From an uncultured virus (IMG/VR IMGVR_UViG_3300050134_000033) (Duplodnaviria > Heunggongvirae > Uroviricota > Caudoviricetes), in the IMG/VR virus record IMGVR_UViG_3300050134_000033: 64,000 nt of DNA; one strand, written 5' to 3'. The notes beneath the pieces were generated by a model. The model ran no database searches and was not told where the DNA came from. It saw only the letters and a program-made list of their open reading frames with translations. This document shows positions 56,469 to 64,000 of the stretch, in pieces. The translations under genes and the position numbers were made by a program. The stretch's first letter is position 1, and each line of letters begins with the position of its first letter.

Positions 56469-58100
56469 ATGGCGACTCAATGGTCAGTAATAGCAAATCG
56501 AAAAGATAAGCGCGGGCAGGTTGCTCGGACAGAATACCGCATTGATGCCGTAACTGCGGGCGGCTGTCCAGCGCAGGCTGGCGCTCTCGTTTTGCTCGAT
56601 TCTTGTGGGAAAATTGACTCGTCGCTCCTACCTCCTATCCCATCATCTTCATGCTGCATCGAGCTTGAAGTCAACGGCGTCAAAGTACCCGACCAGAACA
56701 CCGCCAATTTCATAGCCCAGAACAACATCGAAATCACCTACGACAACGCAGGTGGGATTTACTTCAATGTCACGGGCACACCATCGTCTTGTGCGGAGTA
56801 CCTCTGTACGCCAAGCGGCTGCCCCATCGACGTTGGTCTCAGTGCTCCAACTCACCCGGGCATGATGCTGATTTCACAGCCCGGTAACTGCTCGGCGATC
56901 TGGGCCGATCCACAGGTACAAGGTCTCTATCCCGCTGGCAGCCCGATCTGCCCTGCGCCCGCGTATGTCGCCCCAACTTGCATCCAGCCTATCGGTATCG
57001 GCATACAGGACGCGAACGGCGACCTTCAATGGTTGCAAGGAAGCTTCGCAGGCAGCCCCGCCGTATTCGCGCTCGACGTAAACGTCGTCAACCCCCTGAC
57101 GGTGACGTTCTCCGAGTCTTCGATCTGCGTCACTCAATGCACCACACCATGGGTTGTGAGTGGGGCGGTCTCCGTAACCGGAACCGTCGTCGTCACCAAC
57201 ACAGGGACATTTGCCGTACAGGATGCGGCAGCCGAGGCTTCCCTCGCCACGCTTGCCGCCGACCTCGCCTCTGTCATCGGCTTGTACGGTTCCCCTGCGG
57301 TTCCTGTGCTTCAAGTCGAGGTGGTCAATCAGACCAGCGGCACCTCTTGTGTAACACAGTGCACGTCGCCTTGGGTCGTAAACGATCCGATTGCCAACGC
57401 TTATTTGGCGGAACTCGTAGCCGCTCTTACCTTTGTGGGCTCACCAGCCGTACCCGCCATCAACGTCAACGTTGCGAGCGGCGATGTTACAGTCTCAGAA
57501 ACCTACAACGCTATTCCGCCCTCACCGCCGAACGGTTCCACTCTTCCGCTGCAATCCGACAGCGCGGGCAGCCTGTACGTAGACCCCACGGGGCGTATCC
57601 CGACCTACCATGGGACTGAGAGCGCCTTCGCACCGCTTGCCAATGCCACTACTCCTTTCTTCACGATTCAGGGAAGTGCGACAAAAGTTATAAGGGTTCG
57701 CCGAGTCCAGATCACTTGGGCTTGCACAACGGGCAACTCGGCACTCAACTTAATTCGCTTCCGCCGCTTTTCAGCTATTAGTGGAGGGGCGTTTAACGCT
57801 ATAACGCCAGTACCCGACGATACTCTCAACCCCGCTGCAACCGTTGCTATCAGTCAGTACACGACGTTGCCCACGGTTGCCACAGCTTTCAACCTCGGCT
57901 CCATCGAGTCGCAATACATGCAGTGGACGACAAACACTTCGTCCTTAGTTGGGCCTCCTGCCATTGTGTGGGAGTTCGGCACCGATGGCGGGCAAGCGGC
58001 AACGCTGCGTGGCGTTAACGACTGGTTTGGAATTGAAATCTCGGCTGTCGCGGCTGCTGGTGCGCTGATGACAATCAAAGTTATGTGGACAGAGGAATAA
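56469..58100 (+). CDS. putative virion fibre protein, Cys-rich
   Basis: CVTQCT(T/S)PWVV repeats, four GSP motifs, C-terminal W.EE. Confidence 0.8.
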   Translation: MATQWSVIANRKDKRGQVARTEYRIDAVTAGGCPAQAGALVLLDSCGKIDSSLLPPIPSSSCCIELEVNGVKVPDQNTANFIAQNNIEITYDNAGGIYFNVTGTPSSCAEYLCTPSGCPIDVGLSAPTHPGMMLISQPGNCSAIWADPQVQGLYPAGSPICPAPAYVAPTCIQPIGIGIQDANGDLQWLQGSFAGSPAVFALDVNVVNPLTVTFSESSICVTQCTTPWVVSGAVSVTGTVVVTNTGTFAVQDAAAEASLATLAADLASVIGLYGSPAVPVLQVEVVNQTSGTSCVTQCTSPWVVNDPIANAYLAELVAALTFVGSPAVPAINVNVASGDVTVSETYNAIPPSPPNGSTLPLQSDSAGSLYVDPTGRIPTYHGTESAFAPLANATTPFFTIQGSATKVIRVRRVQITWACTTGNSALNLIRFRRFSAISGGAFNAITPVPDDTLNPAATVAISQYTTLPTVATAFNLGSIESQYMQWTTNTSSLVGPPAIVWEFGTDGGQAATLRGVNDWFGIEISAVAAAGALMTIKVMWTEE

Positions 58101-58101
58101 C

Positions 58102-58845
58102 ATGCTACGTCAAGTAGTCCCCATTTCGATTTCGTTGCAGGGTGATGGGAATTCCTCCGTCTTCACGTTCCCGGTAGAGTACCTGTTCCAGAGCACGACT
58201 GGCTCCACGCTGGTGATGTCGCCAGTGGGATTGATCCCCACATCCGCGTTCATCACGAGCATCGACCCGCCAGCCACAGCAGCAATCGACCAATTTGGTA
58301 ACCTCGTCATCACACTGTTCTCGCCACTCCCTGCGGGTCAGATTTCTGCCTTTGACGTTCTGTTAACGTTCGACAGCGGGACGCCCAATCCTGAGGATTT
58401 GGAGCCCATCTCACGCTTTGCGGCGACTACAGGGTTGACGCTGGTGCAGAATTCGACGGGCGGGCTCGTGCCCATGCTGAGCATTACTCCTCAGATCGAC
58501 GCTGATGGGGCTATCGTCTTCACTTTCAGAGGTTTGGACATTTCCAGTGCTGGGCAGATATGTCATTTCCAGCTTCTCCTCAATGCGACATTGACGGGAG
58601 CTAACTTCGTGAGCGTAGACCCTGCGTCTAGTATGACTTACGACGTTTCAGCCACTTCGTACTCTGGCGGAACGCTGCTCGACGCCGGGTTTATCGGCAT
58701 GAATCCATACAAAAATGATTACAAGTTCAAATTTGGGTTTACGGGGTCCCCCGCTCAGCCGTCCGTAATAACTATCGTCTTTGCGCCCACCACGGGAGGC
58801 AGGTGTGCTTCCGCTGGGGCCTCGTTCGCTTGGGACGAACAATAA
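58102..58845 (+). CDS. putative virion protein
   Basis: C-terminal domain similar to the end of 58937-61213 (L.GA.F...DVSA...GGT...W.EQ). Confidence 0.75.
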   Translation: MLRQVVPISISLQGDGNSSVFTFPVEYLFQSTTGSTLVMSPVGLIPTSAFITSIDPPATAAIDQFGNLVITLFSPLPAGQISAFDVLLTFDSGTPNPEDLEPISRFAATTGLTLVQNSTGGLVPMLSITPQIDADGAIVFTFRGLDISSAGQICHFQLLLNATLTGANFVSVDPASSMTYDVSATSYSGGTLLDAGFIGMNPYKNDYKFKFGFTGSPAQPSVITIVFAPTTGGRCASAGASFAWDEQ

Positions 58846-58936
58846 GGGAGATTTCTCAACTTCCCCTATCTAAGGGTAGAGGGCTCTTTGGGGTGGTGCG
58901 TCCACCAATTTATCTTCGGATTCACTAGGAAACCAC

Positions 58937-61213
58937 ATGCCAGAAAATTGCCAATCATGCGCGGGCGGGCAGTACACGGGAATCTCCGTCTTCGGTATCT
59001 ACGACGATACTACGGGTTGTCCCCTCATAACAGTCTCGGGTAGCCCTGCTGTTGCCTCGATCAATGTCGGCGTCATCAACATCCCCGAAGTCACCATCAG
59101 TGGCGTCGGAACAACCTGCACGGGTGGAGTCTCTCCAACTCTCGCTCAGCTTGGCTCTGCGGCAGCCTATGCCCTCCTCGGCTACAGCGGCGTAACGAAC
59201 TCTGGTTCCTCGGTCATCTCGGGCGGTAACGTCGGTTCGTACCCGACAAATTCAATCACGGGATTCCCTCCCGGCGTAATCGTTCCGCCTGCATCTGAAG
59301 TCACGGCCTCCGCTGGAGACCAGACCGCAGTCGCGGCAGCCATCACTTACTACCAAGGTCTGGGACCGGGAACGGCACTCACGACAGTGGACATGGGCAC
59401 CCAGAACTCTATCGGTGCTCCAGTCGGCACGTACTACCCGGGTGTTTACTCAAGTGCCTCAAGTCTGGCTATCGACACGCCGATCACCCTTGATGCACAG
59501 GGCAACCCTGACGCAACCTTCGTATTCCTCGCTGGCAGCACCATCACCCAGCAAATCGCTGGAACGATCCTATTGGCTAACGGAGCACAGGCGTGCAACA
59601 TCGTCTGGGTCGCTGGTAGCTCTTGGACATCCATCGGGCCGGGTGCAGTCACAGTCGGCACCATCCTTGCTGTCGCAAGCGTCACGCTCGGCGGCGGAAC
59701 TCTTACTGGTCGCGCACTTGCCAACACTGGTGCGGTCACCATCTCGACTGCGGAAATCGTCAACACCCCAGACTGCGCTACCGTTCAGGTATGCGGTCTC
59801 AACACCTTCGTCACTGGCGGCGAGATTTGCGTAACGCAGTGCACATCACCGTGGGTTGTTAACCTCACGGAAGTTGGCGGCGTTCCAATCGGAACGACCA
59901 TCTCTGGCAGCCCTGCTGAGGCATCACTCAATGTCTTCGTCACGGGCGGCGACGTTACCCTCACCTCGAACACCCCATCGACCCCGATTTACGTCGATGT
60001 TACCAACTTCTCAGCTTGCGTCGAAGTGTGCGGAGCATCCTTCACGTCCGCAGGCAGCCCAGCAGAGAATGGGCTCAACATCTTCAGCTTGGGCGGCACG
60101 GTATGTGCCACGCAGTGCGGTACTTGGACAGTTGAGTCCGTACAGTCGGGCGCTTGGACCGTATCGGTCAGCGGCACCGTAGCTGTCACCCAGAGCGGCA
60201 CTTGGACAGTCGGCATCACGGGTGCGACCTTCACATCCGCTGGAAGCCCTGCGGAATCCTCGCTCAACGTTTTCGTTACGGGCGGCGATGTCACTCTCAC
60301 TTCGAACACTCCGACCACGCCGATCTACGTTGACGTTACAAACGCTTGCATCAGCGTATGCGGATTTAGCTTCACGTCCTCTGGTAGCCCAGCGGAGAAT
60401 TCGCTCAACACCTTCATTACCAACGACTTCTCGTCCCCGGTAGTTGTCGAGGTGGCTGGTGGCACGGTAAGCGTCACGGGTACGGTGAGCGTCACTGGCA
60501 CCGTAACGGTCACGAACACCCCTTCAACACCGATCTACGTCTGCCCCGGCGATTGCTCTACGCCGTTCAACATCAACCTCACGGATATCGCAGGCACCCC
60601 AGTTGGCTTCACGATCAGTGGCAGCCCAGCAACGGCGGCTCTGGACGTTTACGTCACCAACGGCCTCACCGTCGATATCGCAACGGTCACCTGCGGACCC
60701 GAGACTTTCTCGCTTGGCACGTCGCAGGTACTCCAGCTTGCTCCATCGGGCGCACTCATCACCATCCCTGCGGACGAGCAGTTTGCTTGCTCCATCCAAT
60801 ACTACACCTACGACAGCGGTGCAGCATTCGACCAGCAGATCATGACGACTGCGTTCGTCCCACTGTGGTCGATTCAAGGCAACGGCGTCGGAACCATCGT
60901 ACAGCTTCTCCGCGAGATTCAGGTCCTCACGGACGGCTCGACCGTTCTGTTCCAGCTTATCGAGGGCGGTGCGCTCACGGGCGCTGCGTTCGCGGCTGGT
61001 CCGGGCAACGTCAATGTGGATACCTCGGCGTCGGCTGTCACTGGCGGCACAGTGGTTTGGAGCGGCTACGCTGCGGCCTTCCCACGCAACTTCGACGGTC
61101 TCATGGACTGCTTGAACGGCAAGACTTACACGATTGCTGGCAAGAGCTTCAAGGGATGCGCCAAGGCTGTTGCACAGATTCGCTGGTCCGAACAGACGAG
61201 CATCTGCGGCTAA
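58937..61213 (+). CDS. putative fibre protein containing a DUF3494 ice-binding-like domain and internal repeats
   Basis: LGSAAAYALLG.SGVTN, PGVYS..S, ITLDAQGNPDATFVF, LANGAQACNIVW..GSS, GTILA, GRALA. Confidence 0.88.
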   Translation: MPENCQSCAGGQYTGISVFGIYDDTTGCPLITVSGSPAVASINVGVINIPEVTISGVGTTCTGGVSPTLAQLGSAAAYALLGYSGVTNSGSSVISGGNVGSYPTNSITGFPPGVIVPPASEVTASAGDQTAVAAAITYYQGLGPGTALTTVDMGTQNSIGAPVGTYYPGVYSSASSLAIDTPITLDAQGNPDATFVFLAGSTITQQIAGTILLANGAQACNIVWVAGSSWTSIGPGAVTVGTILAVASVTLGGGTLTGRALANTGAVTISTAEIVNTPDCATVQVCGLNTFVTGGEICVTQCTSPWVVNLTEVGGVPIGTTISGSPAEASLNVFVTGGDVTLTSNTPSTPIYVDVTNFSACVEVCGASFTSAGSPAENGLNIFSLGGTVCATQCGTWTVESVQSGAWTVSVSGTVAVTQSGTWTVGITGATFTSAGSPAESSLNVFVTGGDVTLTSNTPTTPIYVDVTNACISVCGFSFTSSGSPAENSLNTFITNDFSSPVVVEVAGGTVSVTGTVSVTGTVTVTNTPSTPIYVCPGDCSTPFNINLTDIAGTPVGFTISGSPATAALDVYVTNGLTVDIATVTCGPETFSLGTSQVLQLAPSGALITIPADEQFACSIQYYTYDSGAAFDQQIMTTAFVPLWSIQGNGVGTIVQLLREIQVLTDGSTVLFQLIEGGALTGAAFAAGPGNVNVDTSASAVTGGTVVWSGYAAAFPRNFDGLMDCLNGKTYTIAGKSFKGCAKAVAQIRWSEQTSICG
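59900..60420 (+). repeat. internal duplication GSPAE.SLNVFVTGGDVTLTSNTP.TPIYVDVTN
   Basis: Two near-identical peptide units in the 758 aa ORF; boundaries approximate. Confidence 0.75.
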
Positions 61214-61233
61214 CCTTAACAGTTGAAACAAAT

Positions 61234-61268
61234 GGGGCGCAGGATTCACTCCTGCGCCCTTTCTTTTT
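61234..61268 (+). terminator. intrinsic terminator
   Basis: GGGCGCAGGA-TTCAC-TCCTGCGCCC followed by TTTCTTTTT. Confidence 0.85.
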
Positions 61269-61282
61269 GAGTATTATCCAAT

Positions 61283-61576
61283 ATGAATCTCGCGCTTTTA
61301 GCCGAACTCGGCGTTGCCTGTGGAGCGATCAGTTTGGTCGTCGCCGAGGGGAAGATTTTCGCCAAACCCCACGACTGGTTGGCACCGAAATTCCCATTTT
61401 TAGACCAATTATTGTCCTGCTCATGGTGCGTCAGCCATTGGGTATCGGCGATGCTCGTGCTGGCGTACTACAAGGCAATCGGCGGGGGTTTCATCGATCA
61501 CATCGTGCAAGGCTTTATCGTTATTGCGATCTCTCAAGTCGTAGCGGGCATCATGAGAAAGTGCATCGAACACTAA
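61283..61576 (+). CDS. small membrane protein, DUF1360-like (CxWC)
   Basis: LLSCSWCVSHWVS and three hydrophobic segments; AGTATTA box 6 nt upstream. Confidence 0.7.
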   Translation: MNLALLAELGVACGAISLVVAEGKIFAKPHDWLAPKFPFLDQLLSCSWCVSHWVSAMLVLAYYKAIGGGFIDHIVQGFIVIAISQVVAGIMRKCIEH

Positions 61577-62223
61577 TGCCCCCCCTCGTAAGTGCGCTGA
61601 CACCGACCTTTAACCGCCGAGCTTTCTTCCCTCGGGCTATCCAGTGCTTCCTCGCACAAGATTACCCGAATCTGGAGTGGATCATACTGGACGATGGTGC
61701 GGACCCAATCGGCAGTCTTTTGCCGACCGATCCGAGGATCAAATATTACCATGAAAAGCCCAAAAAACACCATGGGGCGAAGATGAACCGCTGCTTTGAG
61801 TTATCGAGTGGCGAGTTCGGGATTGTCTTCGATGATGATGATTGGTATCCGGCGAATCGAATCACCCGCCAGATCACGCCGCTCATCGAGAGGCCCGCGT
61901 TAGACCTCTCGGGAACGAGCACTCTTTACTACTATCAGCACGGCACCCAAACAGCCTATCAGTACACGACTCCGAAAGGAATCGGTTGGCTCGCGTCCAT
62001 AGCGGTACGCAAATCCGCTTGGGAGAAATTAAAGTTCGACAACATGGCGGGAGGAGCGGACTACAATTTTCAAAAGAAGACGCCTGTTTCAGCTAGGCTT
62101 GATCTGAACGACCCCGCCTTGGTTGTGGCGGCGATCCATCCGGCTAATGCGTGCAGAAAACATCTGAGCAAGGATTACAAACCTGAATCGTGGGAGACAA
62201 TTCAAAGACTATGGCAAAAGTAA
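61576..62223 (+). CDS. glycosyltransferase family 2
   Basis: VSALTPTFNR, QDYPNLEWIILDDG, FDDDDWY; ATG overlaps the previous stop. Confidence 0.92.
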   Translation: MPPLVSALTPTFNRRAFFPRAIQCFLAQDYPNLEWIILDDGADPIGSLLPTDPRIKYYHEKPKKHHGAKMNRCFELSSGEFGIVFDDDDWYPANRITRQITPLIERPALDLSGTSTLYYYQHGTQTAYQYTTPKGIGWLASIAVRKSAWEKLKFDNMAGGADYNFQKKTPVSARLDLNDPALVVAAIHPANACRKHLSKDYKPESWETIQRLWQK

Positions 62224-62360
62224 TGTGTGCGTGCGGTCAACAAGCTCAATGGCGTGTCTACAACCACGATGGCAGTGTCACCTACCACTGCGCTGCATGT
62301 GCGAATGCCCGTGCAGCGACCACCACTCGCAAAGAAAAATTGTGCAACTGCATGAGGTAA
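62223..62360 (+). CDS. 45 aa Cys-rich microprotein
   Basis: MCACG...HCAAC...CNC, start coupled to the GT2 stop (manual translation). Confidence 0.5.
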   Translation: MCACGQQAQWRVYNHDGSVTYHCAACANARAATTTRKEKLCNCMR

Positions 62361-62445
62361 CCTCTCATTTCCCCAATAAAACTAGAGTTTTTGATAGTCA
62401 GCAGGTTTTTTAGCTTTGCCACTCGTTTATAGGGGATCAGATTGA

Positions 62446-63234
62446 ATGAGTCAGCACACTGAGTCACAATACACCATCAACGCAGTCCTGAGCGTTGGGG
62501 AAAACACCCAATGCGGTGCGACATTTTCCCCGTGGGACTGTGGCACCCCCGTCCTCACGACAGCCACAATAGTCAACAACGACTACTCGTACAACACCCT
62601 GATCGTCACCCTAGACCAAGGCTGCGTCACAGGCGGGGCGGTCCAGTTTCAAGGCAGCACCGATGGCGTGAATTGGTTCCCGCTCACTGGCTACGTGCCG
62701 GGAATGGGTGGGGTGGTGGGCCCGACCTACACGCTGGAAGCTGACACGTTCCTCGCGGCAGAATTCAACCTCACCGCTATACCGTACTTTCAAGTCGTAC
62801 TCGTCAGCCCGATCACTGGGACGGCTTGCGGGAGCCCCGCTGTTTGCGGCTCCGTGGTCTTTGGGTACTCGGCGGACTCATTCGTCACTACGCCGCCGCC
62901 CTGTTGCCCGCAGACCGCCTCTGTCGCCAATGCGCCCGAGTCCATCTGCGTAGCGACGACTTCATCGGTTGTGCTGGCATCGAACCCTTCGCGAAAGGGT
63001 CTCAATCTGACGAACATGTCCTATGTCACGATGAGCATCTCCTTCGGCAGCAACCCAGCCATCCTCTTCGCTGGAATCACACTAGCACCCGGGGGTAGCT
63101 TTTGGATGGACAGCAGCGATTTCACGACCTCAGCGGTGAACGCCATAGCCGATGCTGGTCTTTCGTACACCGATTCTTGCTGCGGGAGCCCGCCCACTTT
63201 TTGTGCGCTGATGAGCATTCAGGAATTCCAGTAA
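62446..63234 (+). CDS. putative virion protein, Cys-rich
   Basis: FQGSTDGVNW, LASNPSRKGL.L.N; two GSP motifs. Confidence 0.75.
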   Translation: MSQHTESQYTINAVLSVGENTQCGATFSPWDCGTPVLTTATIVNNDYSYNTLIVTLDQGCVTGGAVQFQGSTDGVNWFPLTGYVPGMGGVVGPTYTLEADTFLAAEFNLTAIPYFQVVLVSPITGTACGSPAVCGSVVFGYSADSFVTTPPPCCPQTASVANAPESICVATTSSVVLASNPSRKGLNLTNMSYVTMSISFGSNPAILFAGITLAPGGSFWMDSSDFTTSAVNAIADAGLSYTDSCCGSPPTFCALMSIQEFQ

Positions 63235-63267
63235 AGGACTATGTAACTCCTAAACAGAGAGATAACA

Positions 63268-64000
63268 ATGCCAGTTCAAAACCCGTTCGGTCTATCATTT
63301 TCGGGCAATATAACACAGTGGGATAACACTCCGCTTAGCCCGCCATCCGCGTTCGGCACCTGCCCCGGTCTCGGCTGCTGCTCTACTGTCACCGCTGCAA
63401 TTCCAGTCAATGCTTCGCTCTTCGTTGGAACCTGCACATCCCTCACCGCAACGCTTGCTGGAAGCCCGCCAGTTGAAGCACTGAACGTCAATGTGGTCAA
63501 CCCGCTGACTGTCACGTTTACGGAATCTTCGCTCCCCGTCACGCAAGGTACATCCCCTTGGGTTGTGAGCGGCACCGTCGCCATCAGCAACGCCTCGATC
63601 TGCGTCACCCAGTGCACATCCCCGTGGGTCGTAAGCGGGACGGTCGCTTTCAGCAACACAACCATCGCCGTCACAAACACGGGCACGTTCGCCGTACAAG
63701 CCACGATCCCGACGCCCACGGACTGGGGCACTGCACCAGCCACGAGCGTATTGGTTCCCGCCGTCAATGCGGAAATGTTCGTTGGACAGAATGCGGTCAG
63801 TGGAACAAACCCAGTTCCCGTTTCCGCCACGACTGCGGCTAACAATGCTGGCAACCCCATTTACGTTGATGTCACAAACACCGTCCCGGTCACTCTGGCT
63901 TCAACCACGATCACTGGAACCGTAGCAGTCACCCAGAGCACGTCTCCTTGGGTGGTGAGCGGTACTGTCACCGTTTCTGGCACATCCACAGTGCAGGGAA
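63268..64000 (+). CDS. putative fibre protein (runs off window end)
   Basis: Manual translation MPVQNPFG...VTQ(G/C/S)TSPWVVSG repeats, open to the end. Confidence 0.8.
   Translation, partial: MPVQNPFGLSFSGNITQWDNTPLSPPSAFGTCPGLGCCSTVTAAIPVNASLFVGTCTSLTATLAGSPPVEALNVNVVNPLTVTFTESSLPVTQGTSPWVVSGTVAISNASICVTQCTSPWVVSGTVAFSNTTIAVTNTGTFAVQATIPTPTDWGTAPATSVLVPAVNAEMFVGQNAVSGTNPVPVSATTAANNAGNPIYVDVTNTVPVTLASTTITGTVAVTQSTSPWVVSGTVTVSGTSTVQG

Noticed and set aside
60553..61575. N-terminal extension of the 556 aa ORF ending at 62223
   Set aside because: Overlaps two real genes and a terminator; the GT2 domain starts at ATG 61576
1..64000. Alternative genetic code (stop-codon reassignment)
   Set aside because: Conserved genes are full length in the standard code, and TAA, TAG and TGA all end genes; only one isolated suspicious TAA
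55467..64000. Diversity-generating retroelement acting on the fibre repeats
   Set aside because: No reverse transcriptase in the window; repeat differences are largely synonymous and not adenine-specific

Overview
64 kb of a large (jumbo-like) dsDNA phage genome. The host is plausibly an Acidobacteriota member, inferred from recalled similarity of IscA, the CCA enzyme and the integrase; this was not checked by search. Positions 1-55.2 kb are almost entirely minus-strand and densely packed. This arm carries dTMP-synthesis genes (dUTPase, two dCMP deaminases, ThyX), a Nudix hydrolase, IscU/IscA, an ART-like/NDT-like/HD-GYP/phosphatase cluster, an SNF2 helicase, a captured tyrosine recombinase and an RNA-repair set (Thg1-like, CCA-adding enzyme, Rnl1, Pnkp). 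It also has peptide deformylase, ASCH, SLOG, a Rap1a-like immunity protein, eight free-standing homing-endonuclease-like genes and many small hypotheticals. From 55.5 kb the strand switches to a plus-strand block of Cys/Thr/Val-rich putative virion fibre proteins. These share a recurrent GSP(A/P) motif, one carries a DUF3494 ice-binding domain, and a GT2 glycosyltransferase sits among them. Non-coding highlights are two tandem Y-RNA-like elements (one enclosing a complete tRNA-like domain with a UGA anticodon), another candidate ncRNA and two recurrent promoter classes. All family calls come from motif recognition, not database searches.
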